Of a DNA stretch of 32,000 nucleotides, positions 1 through 8,710 are shown piece by piece. The first letter of the stretch is position 1. Each line of letters opens with the position of its first letter. The position numbers were made by a program, and so were the translations under genes. The notes under the pieces are model-generated. The model worked only from the letters and a program-made list of their open reading frames with translations, was not told the DNA's origin and searched no databases. Source of the DNA: Tannockella kyphosi (GTDB lineage: Bacteria > Bacillota_I > Bacilli_A > Erysipelotrichales > Coprobacillaceae); NCBI RefSeq assembly GCF_021054785.1, contig NZ_CP088239.1, positions 270,001 through 302,000 of the forward strand, written 5' to 3'.

Positions 1-2049
1 TAAAAGATAATCATTTATTTGTTCTTGTAGTTTTTCTACAAGATCATCTAAAGAAGTGGTTTTTGTTATTTGTTTGCTACTAAATAAATTTTTATTTACA
101 TCCAATAAATGATGAACTAAACTACCAATTTCATTTGATTGAATCAAATGGTTTTCTCTAGCACGTAATTTAATAACATGTTGATAAAAGTATTTATAAG
201 GACACCCATTATATACTTCTAATTGACTAGGAGAAAGTGTTTCAGGAGCAATGGATTGGATTGCTTCTGGTTGGTTATTGCTTTCCATAAATTGATAAAT
301 AGAGGGATAAATAGATAGTTCTTTATCGATATTATTTGTTAAATGATAGTTTTGTGCTAATAGGGGATGAATTAATAATTTATTGCTATCAAGATATGGT
401 AAGGTATATATCTTTTCAAGTTGATTTATAAGAGAAGATTTTAATAAAGTTTGTCCATCAATAGTAGATAATGCATAGCTTAAGATATATTTTGTAGGGA
501 AATAACTAAATAATGGAATGATATTATTTTGTTCTTTTTTACTTTGATCAAAGGTAGTATCTAAATTTGGAATACCTACTCTTTGTTTGTTTAATAATAA
601 ACTAACATCTTTCATTAATGGTGGTAATACTGTTTCATTGTTACCTACTAAATAAATATATTTACTACTTACTAAACCAGCATAAGGTTCATTGGAAGAA
701 AATAAATGAATATGATCTTGCATGGTAGTATCTTTGTGTAATGTTATTGTTTTTTCTTGTAATAGAATACTATATTCTTTTAATTGAATAGGATATTCTT
801 TTTTTAGTGTTTCTAAATATTTAATAAGCACCTTTTTATTTTCTGTAGAACTATAAAATTGTTCTACAAATAGAATAAGTTGAGAAGATATTTCTTGCAT
901 TGTTTTTGCTTGTTTTAAAGGAGTAATGTAGTTTGTTAACCAATTCTCTTTTAAATTTATATAATCTTCATCTTCTATTGTATGTATATTTTGCCATTGT
1001 AATTTATATTGGTTATTTTTAGGTAAATAGACAACCTGCGTATCTAAAAAATTAATTAGATCTTGTTCCTTATTTGTATGAATATATTTTAAAAACATAA
1101 CTAAAGAAGGAATCATCGTATTATCTTTGTTTCTAACTACTTGATTAAAAGGAATAGAAAATAAAGTAAGTGTTTCTTGCAAAAGAGAAGCATAGCTACT
1201 ATTTGGATAGTAGATAGAAATATCTTTATATTGAATACCTTTTTCGATTACTAACTCTTGGATATGACAAACAATTGCTTGAATTTCATGGTTAGGAGTT
1301 GTTTGACAAAGAGCTTCAAAACAGGGGTTATTTTCTATTTTGTTTGTATCATTAGAAAATAGTTGTTTTGTTAAAGCATCACTATTAGAAGTTAAACAAG
1401 TACTATTTTGAATATATGGTTGATAGATGCTACTTGTTTGATTATCTGGATGGTAAGGAATAACCATTGTTACATTATTTGTTATGTCTATTTGTTCTAA
1501 GAGATGCATTGTTTTAGGGTTAAAAATAGTGGTGCTAAGAAATACATAATGAGTATGAATAGGACATTTTATTTGTTCAAAACAATCTAATACTTGGAAG
1601 TAATTTTCTTTTGGGATAGATGCTAAGAATTTATAATATAACTCAATAATCTGTGCTGTTTTTGGATCGTTCAGTGAATCTTGGATATCTTCTAATAAAG
1701 ATAGTTCTTGAAATAAGTGATAGAAATCTTTGCTGGTAGCTAAGGTAGTAGTAAATAGTGTATCTTCTTTTTTTAGTAATTCACGAATCATCATACGTGC
1801 TTCTAATGCTTCTATTTTTGTTTTTCTGATATGGTTGTAAGCTAGTAATTGATTAATAAATTGATTAAAATGCATGCATTCAATCGAAAAAAGAGTGGAA
1901 GTATATTGTAAACACATTTCTTCCATTGCTTCAAGATCATCACATATAAAAACAAATTGATCAAATGGCTTTGATTCAAGATGTTTTAAACAATCTTGAA
2001 AAATAGTACGAGCACTTAAATTAAAATCATAGCTAGTTATTTTCTTCAT
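1..2049 (-). CDS. addB: Helicase-nuclease complex subunit B (AddB/RexB type), N-terminal 683 codons; the C-terminus runs off the window start
   Basis: Absent from the ORF track because it has no in-window stop. Hand translation of the minus strand from ATG at 2049..2047 (AAGGAA about 5 nt upstream) stays open for all 683 codons to position 1. It starts MKKITSYDFNLSARTIFQDCLKHLESKPFDQFVFICDD. Near the edge it reads ETLSPSQLEVYNGCPYKYFYQHVIKLRARENHLIQSNEIGSLVHHLLD, the S-x-LE-x-Y-x-x-CP-x-x-[FY]F entry into the AddB/RexB PD-(D/E)xK nuclease / Fe-S domain. There is no GxxGxGKT at the N-terminus, as in RexB-type subunits. Confidence 0.6.
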   Translation of the reverse strand, partial: MKKITSYDFNLSARTIFQDCLKHLESKPFDQFVFICDDLEAMEEMCLQYTSTLFSIECMHFNQFINQLLAYNHIRKTKIEALEARMMIRELLKKEDTLFTTTLATSKDFYHLFQELSLLEDIQDSLNDPKTAQIIELYYKFLASIPKENYFQVLDCFEQIKCPIHTHYVFLSTTIFNPKTMHLLEQIDITNNVTMVIPYHPDNQTSSIYQPYIQNSTCLTSNSDALTKQLFSNDTNKIENNPCFEALCQTTPNHEIQAIVCHIQELVIEKGIQYKDISIYYPNSSYASLLQETLTLFSIPFNQVVRNKDNTMIPSLVMFLKYIHTNKEQDLINFLDTQVVYLPKNNQYKLQWQNIHTIEDEDYINLKENWLTNYITPLKQAKTMQEISSQLILFVEQFYSSTENKKVLIKYLETLKKEYPIQLKEYSILLQEKTITLHKDTTMQDHIHLFSSNEPYAGLVSSKYIYLVGNNETVLPPLMKDVSLLLNKQRVGIPNLDTTFDQSKKEQNNIIPLFSYFPTKYILSYALSTIDGQTLLKSSLINQLEKIYTLPYLDSNKLLIHPLLAQNYHLTNNIDKELSIYPSIYQFMESNNQPEAIQSIAPETLSPSQLEVYNGCPYKYFYQHVIKLRARENHLIQSNEIGSLVHHLLDVNKNLFSSKQITKTTSLDDLVEKLQEQINDYLL

Positions 2050-2067
2050 AAAAGTTCCTTTCTCTGT

Positions 2068-2096
2068 AAAAAATCCAATAGAATCTATTGGATTTT
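2068..2096 (-). terminator. Intrinsic terminator after nadE
   Basis: Arms AAAATCCAATAG (2070-2081) and CTATTGGATTTT (2085-2096) are perfectly complementary with a 3-nt loop. The A-run 2068-2073 gives the T-tail on the minus strand. The hairpin starts 1 nt past the nadE stop. Confidence 0.55.
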
Positions 2097-2097
2097 A

Positions 2098-4008
2098 TCA
2101 TGTATCTATCTTTTTTAATTCTTCTAACCATAAGTGATAACTTGCATCACTAGGCATACGTAAGTCACCACGAGGGGAAAGGGAAACACTTCCTACTTTT
2201 GGACCATCTGGTATACAGCTACGTTTAAATTGTTGGGTAAAGAAACGACGATAATATAGGGTTAACCATTTAATAATTGTTTCATTATCATATTTTTTAG
2301 AAAAAGCAATCTGTGTTTTACGATATATTTTACGAGGACGATCTCCAAAACGAATCATATGATATAAAAAGAAATCATGTAATTCATAAGGACCTACGAT
2401 ATCTTCTGTTTTTTGAACTATTTCATTTTCTTTGGCAGGAAGTAGTTCTGGTGAAACTGGAGTATCTAGGATATCTTGTAAAATAGTATAAATTTCACTG
2501 TTTGGATACATGCTTGATACGTAATCTACTAAATAACGAACTAATGTTTTTGGTACAGAGACATTGATAGCATACATTGACATATGGTCACCATTATAAG
2601 TGGACCAACCTAAAGCTACTTCTGATAAATCACCTGTTCCAATTACTAATCCACCAATTTGATTGGCTTTATTCATTAGTATTTGAGTACGAGTTCTAGC
2701 TTGAACATTTTCATAAGTTATATCATGAATTGTTGGATCTTGTTGTAAATCAGTGAATTGAACTTCTACTGATTTGGTAATATCAATAGTTAAACTAGTT
2801 ACTTTTAAATGATCCATTAAACCAAGCGCATTATTTTTGGTGCGACTAGTCGTACCAAAGCAAGGCATTGTAATGGCATAAATATTTGAAGTTGGTAAGT
2901 TCATTTTTTGAAAAGCCATTGTACAAACAAGTAAGGCTAGCGTTGAATCTAAACCACCTGAAATACCAATTACTACTTTATCTATTTTAGTGGCTTTTAA
3001 TCGTTGCATTAATGCATATATTTGAATATCAAAGACTTCTTTACAACGGATTTGTCTTTTTGAACTATCACTAGGTACAAATGGATGTGGATCATAAAAG
3101 CGTTCTAAAGATAAATCAATATTTGTAGATTGAAAGTAAATAGTTTCATACTCATTACTAGAACTAAAAGTTGTCATCTTGCGACGTTCGCTATTTAATT
3201 TTTTAACATCAAAATCAGCGTAAATAGTACTTGGTTCAAACATTTCGCTTTCTGCTAAAATAGTCCCGTTTTCACATAACAAATGATGTCCACTAAATAC
3301 CACATCAGTTGAAGATTCTCCATTACCCGCATTACAATAAACATATCCACATAGTCCTTTAGCACTTTGAGATTGAATCATGCTACGACGATAGCTTGCT
3401 TTTGTAGTAATTTCATTACTAGCTGATAAATTTAAAATTAGAGTTGCTCCTTCTAATACTAATTGATTACTTGGTGCATTTGGTAACCAAACATCTTCAC
3501 AAATTTCTATTCCTAAACAAATATCTTTGTTAAGTCTATTTTGGAAAATAAATTTATTTCCAAAAGGTATTTGTTGGTTACGATAACAAGTATATGTATT
3601 TTCACTTGGGCAAGCTTTGAATCTTCTTGCTTCATAAAATTCTTGATAATTTGGGATGTGTTGTTTTGGAATAAATCCTAAGAGATTTCCTTGATGGATG
3701 ATTGCAGCAACATTATAAAGATCATTTTTATGAACATAAGGTAAACCAACACAAACAACCATATCGTATGATTTAGTATAATCTATAACATCATCTAATC
3801 CTTTTTTTGCTTGATGTAATAAGGTTTCTTGTAAAAAAAGATCTTCACAAGTATATCCTGTAATACATAATTCAGGAAAGATTAAAATCTTTGCATTATT
3901 TTGATAAGCTTTTGAAATATTTTCTTTTATTTTTTGAACATTGTCTATTACATTTGTAATACTAGTATCGAAGCTACTAGCTCCGATACGGATATAACCA
4001 TCTTTCAT
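2098..4008 (-). CDS. nadE: Glutamine-dependent NAD+ synthetase (long form: CN-hydrolase glutaminase domain + synthetase domain)
   Basis: The N-terminal nitrilase-type domain shows FPELCITGY and GIEICEDVW. The C-terminal PP-loop is GISGGLDST. I moved the start to the Met of MKDGYIRIG (ATG 4008) because GGGGG lies about 8 nt upstream. The track start at 4047 has no SD and would overlap the upstream gene. Confidence 0.9.
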   Translation of the reverse strand: MKDGYIRIGASSFDTSITNVIDNVQKIKENISKAYQNNAKILIFPELCITGYTCEDLFLQETLLHQAKKGLDDVIDYTKSYDMVVCVGLPYVHKNDLYNVAAIIHQGNLLGFIPKQHIPNYQEFYEARRFKACPSENTYTCYRNQQIPFGNKFIFQNRLNKDICLGIEICEDVWLPNAPSNQLVLEGATLILNLSASNEITTKASYRRSMIQSQSAKGLCGYVYCNAGNGESSTDVVFSGHHLLCENGTILAESEMFEPSTIYADFDVKKLNSERRKMTTFSSSNEYETIYFQSTNIDLSLERFYDPHPFVPSDSSKRQIRCKEVFDIQIYALMQRLKATKIDKVVIGISGGLDSTLALLVCTMAFQKMNLPTSNIYAITMPCFGTTSRTKNNALGLMDHLKVTSLTIDITKSVEVQFTDLQQDPTIHDITYENVQARTRTQILMNKANQIGGLVIGTGDLSEVALGWSTYNGDHMSMYAINVSVPKTLVRYLVDYVSSMYPNSEIYTILQDILDTPVSPELLPAKENEIVQKTEDIVGPYELHDFFLYHMIRFGDRPRKIYRKTQIAFSKKYDNETIIKWLTLYYRRFFTQQFKRSCIPDGPKVGSVSLSPRGDLRMPSDASYHLWLEELKKIDT

Positions 4009-4027
4009 TTTGTTACCCCCAATATGT

Positions 4028-4567
4028 TTAAGTATACCACAAAACAACTACCAACGTAAGTATAGCAAAAGCAAGTAAACGCTTTTTTGTTGTTTGTTTC
4101 TGGTTTATTAATTTTTTAAGAACAGCACCATCCCAAAGTAGGACATGTAAGCTATTAGCTAGTGTGATAGCTTGACTTGTATAAACACTATTGGTAATGA
4201 CGATAGCGTGATCACATTGATAATATAAGCATCCACTACTTACTTGTTGTACGGCATGAACACCAACTTTGGAGCTATATTTTTTGCATTGAATTGCATA
4301 TTTATCTTTTCCTTTTTTCGCTAATATATCTATCCCATAATCATTACTACCTTGTGTTAAAGAGATATCATAAAAGTGATCGGCTTTTAATAAATCTCCA
4401 ACATATCTTTCAAATTGATAACCATCTAATTTATCAATATTTTCATAGAAGAAAATACGACTTATCAATTGAAAAAATAAATAAATAGGTGTATAGATAA
4501 TAAGAAGACAATGATATATAAATTGAAAAGGTATTAAATATATTTTTGTTTTTGTTTTTTTAACCAT
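4028..4567 (-). CDS. Membrane-anchored Mrr-like restriction-endonuclease-fold (PD-(D/E)xK) protein
   Basis: The core GYQFERYVGDLL...SNDYGIDILAKKGKDKYAIQCKKY...V matches the Mrr catalytic-domain pattern (FE..V, D-GID, [EQ]-x-K as IQCK). It is flanked by a hydrophobic N-terminal segment (IYLIPFQFIYHCLLIIYTPIYLFFQLI) and a C-terminal TM (LLAFAILTLVVVLW). Start set at MVKKTKTK (ATG 4567) behind GGAGGAGG. The track ATG at 4582 precedes that SD. Confidence 0.6.
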   Translation of the reverse strand: MVKKTKTKIYLIPFQFIYHCLLIIYTPIYLFFQLISRIFFYENIDKLDGYQFERYVGDLLKADHFYDISLTQGSNDYGIDILAKKGKDKYAIQCKKYSSKVGVHAVQQVSSGCLYYQCDHAIVITNSVYTSQAITLANSLHVLLWDGAVLKKLINQKQTTKKRLLAFAILTLVVVLWYT

Positions 4568-4646
4568 AAATTCCTCCTCCATTATTATACCAAAAGATAT
4601 AGATTAATTATAGAAAAGGTTTATAATTAATCAAAGAGGGGGGAGT

Positions 4647-5186
4647 ATGATGGAAATAAGATTTGCTTGTAAAGAAGATGCAAAAAGATTAATTGAAATA
4701 TATACTTATTATGTAACAGATACTACGGTTACTTTCGAAATAGATATACCAACGGTAGAAGATTTTGAAAATAGGATTATTCAAATATCAAAAAAATACC
4801 CATATTTAGTAATGGAAGAAGATGGAGAAATAATAGGCTATGCTTATGCAGGAGCTTTTAAAGGACGTAAAGCTTATGATTGGTCTGTAGAATTATCTAT
4901 CTATATTGATCGTCCTTACCAACAAAAAGGAGTAGGGAGAGTCTTATATACGACTCTGATTGATATGTTAACTAGACAAGGGTTTGCGATGGCATATGCT
5001 TGTTTAACTTATCCTAATCCCGCAAGTGAGGCGTTCCACCAATCACTAGGATTTGATATGATTGGAATATTTCATCGTTCAGGATATAAGTTCAATAAGT
5101 GGGTAGATACGTGTTGGTTAGAAAAATCTTTAAACACACAAAACAAAGAAATTAAATCAATATCAAAGATTAAAATAAAAGACTAG
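4647..5186 (+). CDS. GNAT-family N-acetyltransferase, phosphinothricin/methionine-sulfoximine acetyltransferase-like
   Basis: N-terminus IRFACKEDAKRLIEIYTYYVTDTTVTFE and the acetyl-CoA loop QQKGVGRVLY are typical of the PAT/MddA GNAT subfamily. A strong SD, GAGGGGGGAG, lies at 4636-4645. Confidence 0.75.
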   Translation: MMEIRFACKEDAKRLIEIYTYYVTDTTVTFEIDIPTVEDFENRIIQISKKYPYLVMEEDGEIIGYAYAGAFKGRKAYDWSVELSIYIDRPYQQKGVGRVLYTTLIDMLTRQGFAMAYACLTYPNPASEAFHQSLGFDMIGIFHRSGYKFNKWVDTCWLEKSLNTQNKEIKSISKIKIKD

Positions 5187-5200
5187 TCAACTAGTCTTTT
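5177..5200 (+). terminator. Intrinsic terminator after the GNAT gene
   Basis: AAAAGACTAG (5177-5186) pairs with CTAGTCTTTT (5191-5200) around loop TCAA. The hairpin overlaps the TAG stop and the T-run is part of the 3' arm. Confidence 0.6.
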
Positions 5201-5366
5201 ATATATATTTTAAATATACGAATGTGGTTATTAAAGATACAACACCATATACAATCGTAATAATAGAAAATACAAGTACTTGTATAAAAGAAGTAGCTAC
5301 CTCTTGTTTATATTTTTCTAACAAAAGATAACAAGAAGAGGAATATCTTTACGTGTTTTAAAATAG

Positions 5367-5828
5367 TTATTTCGTTTCTATTATTTCTATAATTTTATCT
5401 AGTTTTTCATGAATATCTTGTAAAATGATTTCATTTTTAAGATGAATCTTATATTGATTGTTTATTAATATTTTATCTTTTTGAGCTTGTCTGTTTTGAG
5501 CCATCATGATGATAGGGGCTTGAAAGGAAGAAATACAGGATAAGCATAAATTTAATAAAATAAAAGGATAAGGATCAAAGGGGTCTTGAATCATAACATT
5601 AAAGCATATCCAAATTACTAAAAGTGTAAAAAATAGAAACAAAAAAGACCAACTACCACCAAATGCAGCTAAACGATCCGATAATTTAGTTAAGAAGGTT
5701 TGTTTTGGTTGTTGTTTGGAAGCAAAGCTTTGTTCAAGTAATAAATGAATAATATCTTCATCTTGCATATCTTTACTAGTATCTTGAAGAATATGTTTTA
5801 ATAATTGGGATTGTGTTAGTTTTTGCAT
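5367..5828 (-). CDS. DUF1003 domain-containing membrane protein
   Basis: Two TM helices (GSWSFLFLFFTLLVIWICFNV; PYPFILLNLCLSCISSFQAPIIMMAQNRQ) are followed by a coiled C-terminal tail. This is the DUF1003 pattern. Confidence 0.7.
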   Translation of the reverse strand: MQKLTQSQLLKHILQDTSKDMQDEDIIHLLLEQSFASKQQPKQTFLTKLSDRLAAFGGSWSFLFLFFTLLVIWICFNVMIQDPFDPYPFILLNLCLSCISSFQAPIIMMAQNRQAQKDKILINNQYKIHLKNEIILQDIHEKLDKIIEIIETK

Positions 5829-5874
5829 AGAAACTCCTTTTTAGTAACTATGGTCGAAATAAATAAAAATAAAC

Positions 5875-5898
5875 AAAAAAGAAAGCTTTCGCTTTCTT
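5875..5898 (-). terminator. Intrinsic terminator after the ydjC-like gene
   Basis: GAAAGC (5881-5886) pairs with GCTTTC (5891-5896) around loop TTTC, extended by A:T pairs. The A-run 5875-5880 gives the T-tail on the minus strand. It overlaps the stop codon. Confidence 0.5.
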
Positions 5899-6637
5899 AT
5901 AATTTTTTTAAATTTGAATAATTAATTAATTCGATATTATTTTCTGTAATGAAATCTTTCATTTCATTACTACGAATTAATACTAATTCTTTCATACGTG
6001 GTAAACAATAGCTAGACATATCATATAGTCTTTGATCAATATAAGCTGGATGACACATGTATTCTACGATTTCTTGATCACAATCTAATTCACTTTTCAT
6101 AAATTCAACAGTTACTAATTCATCATACATATGATCTAAACAGCGAGCATATTCATATCGTTCATCAACTTGATCACGTTGTCTTAGTGGGATATCATAT
6201 TCACTAGCTAGTTTTTTTGCTACTTCTATATGTCCTGGTAATAAATGAACATGGTGATGAGAGTCAATATGAGTAGGTTTTTTACCTGCAGTTTGGATGA
6301 ATAATTCTAATTGAGCTTTCCATTCTTTATATAATTCTTCTAAATCTGCTTTCGGATGACGGCTAGTATATTCATTTGGACGTTTAAAGTCACCATTTTC
6401 ACTAGTAAAACTTTTTGCACCTTCTACTAATGGTTTACCAACAGTTAAAACTAAATGAATTCCAACTCCCAAGTTTGGATAATCTTTAGCAAGATTTAAT
6501 GCAAAAGGGGCAAAAGGCATGTTCATCATACAAGTTGTAGATGTAAGTATTCCATCTACATGGCTATGAATGATACCAATACTAGCACCTTCTGTAATTC
6601 CAAAATCATCTGCATTAACAATTAATTTTTTAATCAT
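5897..6637 (-). CDS. YdjC/ChbG-family carbohydrate deacetylase
   Basis: N-terminal LIVNADDFGIT and the metal-binding HIDSHHHVH are hallmarks of the YdjC/ChbG family. Confidence 0.8.
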   Translation of the reverse strand: MIKKLIVNADDFGITEGASIGIIHSHVDGILTSTTCMMNMPFAPFALNLAKDYPNLGVGIHLVLTVGKPLVEGAKSFTSENGDFKRPNEYTSRHPKADLEELYKEWKAQLELFIQTAGKKPTHIDSHHHVHLLPGHIEVAKKLASEYDIPLRQRDQVDERYEYARCLDHMYDELVTVEFMKSELDCDQEIVEYMCHPAYIDQRLYDMSSYCLPRMKELVLIRSNEMKDFITENNIELINYSNLKKL

Positions 6638-6723
6638 ATATAATCCCTCCTGTATAAAAACAATTATAGTTTATTTAATTTAAATTGAATTGTTTTTTCA
6701 ACTATAGAAAATGTTTTCTAGTA

Positions 6724-6732
6724 TGTTATAAT
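6724..6732 (+). promoter_or_regulatory. Extended -10 promoter element (TGtTATAAT) for aroE
   Basis: TGTTATAAT sits at 6724-6732, about 22 nt upstream of the SD-preceded ATG at 6755. The track ATG at 6731 lies inside this -10 element. Confidence 0.4.
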
Positions 6733-6754
6733 GATACAAGAAATGAGGGATATC

Positions 6755-7612
6755 ATGAATATTACAGGACATACAAGATTATTTGGAATAGTAGCTAGAC
6801 CGATACGTCATTCTTTTTCACCAATGATGCATAATCGTGCATTTGATGTATTAGGATTAGATAATATTTATTTAGCTTTTGAAATAGAAGACAATGACTT
6901 AGCATCAGCAATACAAGGATTTCGTGCTTTAGGTGTACAAGGAGCAAATATATCGATGCCTTTTAAACAAGCTATTATACCTTATCTAGATGAATTAGAT
7001 ATCAGTGCAAAGCTATGCAATGCAGTAAATACTATCGTTTTAAAAGATAATAAATATATCGGATATAGTAGTGATGGTTATGGATTTATGGAATCTTTGC
7101 GAGACCAAGGAATAGATTTGGTCGATAAAAAGTTAATGGTAGCAGGTTCTGGTGGTGCTGCACTAGCTATTATTGCACAAGCTAGTCTTGATAAAGTGGG
7201 AGAAATTATTATTTATAAAAGAAGAGTAGAAGAACAAGCATTTATAGATCAAATAAAAGTAATACAAGATTATACAAATGCACATATAGAAATTAAAAAT
7301 ATAGAGGATCAAGAGAGTTTAAAACAGGACCTTGTTTCCACTACTGTTTTTGTGAATGCTACGAGTGTTGGGATGGCACCTAACAGTGATGCTTCTATTA
7401 TTCTTGACAGTAGTTATTTTCATAAGGGATTATGTGTGGTAGATATTATTTATAATCCTTTAGAAACAAAACTATTAAAACAAGCAAAGCAAGCTGGAGC
7501 AAAAACAATGAATGGTAAACCAATGTTACTATTCCAAGGTGCTCGTGCCTTTGAATTATTTACAGGGCAAAAAATGCCTATTGAAGAAATTAAAAAGTTA
7601 ATGGAGATATAA
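6755..7612 (+). CDS. aroE: Shikimate dehydrogenase
   Basis: LFGIVARPIRHSFSPMMHN is the substrate-site motif and VAGSGGAALAI is the NADP Rossmann loop. Start moved to MNITGH (ATG 6755) behind GAGGGA. Confidence 0.85.
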   Translation: MNITGHTRLFGIVARPIRHSFSPMMHNRAFDVLGLDNIYLAFEIEDNDLASAIQGFRALGVQGANISMPFKQAIIPYLDELDISAKLCNAVNTIVLKDNKYIGYSSDGYGFMESLRDQGIDLVDKKLMVAGSGGAALAIIAQASLDKVGEIIIYKRRVEEQAFIDQIKVIQDYTNAHIEIKNIEDQESLKQDLVSTTVFVNATSVGMAPNSDASIILDSSYFHKGLCVVDIIYNPLETKLLKQAKQAGAKTMNGKPMLLFQGARAFELFTGQKMPIEEIKKLMEI

Positions 7613-7613
7613 G

Positions 7614-8201
7614 ATGAAAGAATTAGTAGTAGCATCAACCAATGTAGGAAAAATAAAAGAAATAAAGTCAATGTTAGAACCTTTAGGCATTGAAGTAAAA
7701 AGTATCAAAGATAAATTAGGTAAAGACTTAGATATCATCGAAGATGGTCAAACTTTCAAAGAAAATGCATTAATTAAAGCCCACGCTATTAGTGATATAT
7801 TACAGTTACCTGTTCTAGCAGATGACTCTGGATTAGAAGTAGATGCCATGGATAAACAACCAGGTATTTATTCCGCTCGTTTTCTAGGAAAAGATACTAG
7901 TTATGTAGAAAAAAATCAATATATCATTGATGCAGTCGTTGGAAAAAATAGAACAGCAAGATTTGTATGTGCCATGGCTTTAGTTATTCCAGGACAAGAA
8001 GATATTGTAGTAGAAGAAACAATGGAAGGACTTATCCATGATAAAATAGAAGGAGAAAATGGTTTTGGTTATGACCCAATTTTGTTTTTTCCACCATGTA
8101 ATATGACAAGTGCCATGATGAGTTTAGAAGAAAAAAACAAATACTCTCACCGTGCCAAAGCATTAGCTAAATTACAAGAAAAGATAAAGGAGTTAGGATA
8201 A
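7614..8201 (+). CDS. rdgB: Non-canonical purine NTP pyrophosphatase (RdgB/HAM1, XTP/dITP diphosphatase)
   Basis: VVASTNVGKIKE, DDSGLEVDAM and GFGYDPILF are signatures of this family. The gap after aroE is 1 nt. Confidence 0.9.
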   Translation: MKELVVASTNVGKIKEIKSMLEPLGIEVKSIKDKLGKDLDIIEDGQTFKENALIKAHAISDILQLPVLADDSGLEVDAMDKQPGIYSARFLGKDTSYVEKNQYIIDAVVGKNRTARFVCAMALVIPGQEDIVVEETMEGLIHDKIEGENGFGYDPILFFPPCNMTSAMMSLEEKNKYSHRAKALAKLQEKIKELG

Positions 8202-8710
8202 TGAATCATATCGTATTAGTACATCCTGTTATTGCAGGAAATACAGGGAATATTATGAGAACTTGTGTTGGGACAGATACTGTTTTACATATTATTAAAC
8301 CAATGGGTTTTGAATTAGATGATAAAAAAATGAAAAGAGCAGGTGTTGATTATTTTGATAAATTAACGTTACATGTTTATGAAGATTTTGAAGAATTTGA
8401 AGCAAAAAATCCCGGAGAATATCACTTCTTTACAAGATATTCAAAGCTATGTTATACAGATCAAGATTTTAGTGATAGTTCAAAGGAACATTATTTGTTC
8501 TTTGGACATGAACATGATGGTATTCCAAAAGAAATTTTAACAAAATATATTGATAATTGTTTACGTATACCAATGAGTGATAAAGTAAGAAGTTTGAATT
8601 TATCTAATTGTGCAGCAATTTGTATTTATGAAACATTACGCCAACAATCTTATCCTAATTTATCCAAAGTAGAAGTTCAAAAAGGAGAAGAATTCTTATA
8701 TGAATTATAA
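8201..8710 (+). CDS. trmL: SpoU/TrmL-type tRNA 2'-O-methyltransferase
   Basis: IVLVHPVIAGNTGNIMRTC and the C-terminal knot motif SLNLSNCAAICIYE are present. The start overlaps the rdgB stop (ATAATG). Confidence 0.8.
   Translation: MNHIVLVHPVIAGNTGNIMRTCVGTDTVLHIIKPMGFELDDKKMKRAGVDYFDKLTLHVYEDFEEFEAKNPGEYHFFTRYSKLCYTDQDFSDSSKEHYLFFGHEHDGIPKEILTKYIDNCLRIPMSDKVRSLNLSNCAAICIYETLRQQSYPNLSKVEVQKGEEFLYEL

Noticed and set aside
4009-4047. Longer track starts for nadE. Similar cases are 4568-4582 (Mrr-like), 6731-6754 (aroE), 11283-11327 (rbr), 17920-17952 (argH) and 22700-22708 (lipoprotein).
   Set aside because: In each case an internal ATG is preceded by a clear GGAGG-type SD at 5-9 nt and gives the N-terminus typical of the family. 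The longest-ORF start lacks an SD, or overlaps a neighbouring gene or promoter element.
4294-4488. 64-aa plus-strand ORF from the track
   Set aside because: It lies entirely antisense inside the Mrr-like gene. The sequence is low-complexity and Y/L/I/H-rich, typical of a shadow frame in AT-rich DNA. It has no SD.
5199-5324. Possible 41-codon hydrophobic minus-strand peptide (LEKYKQEVATSFIQVLVFSIIITIVYGVVSLITTFVYLKYI) just downstream of the DUF1003 gene
   Set aside because: The only possible start is a TTG with no SD. It has no ATG, it runs into the GNAT terminator, and hydrophobic frames arise easily in T-rich DNA. It is worth a look in ribosome profiling data but is not supportable from sequence.
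7450-7671. 73-aa minus-strand ORF from the track
   Set aside because: It is antisense across the aroE/rdgB junction, has no SD and no recognisable motifs. Both overlapped genes have strong family signatures.
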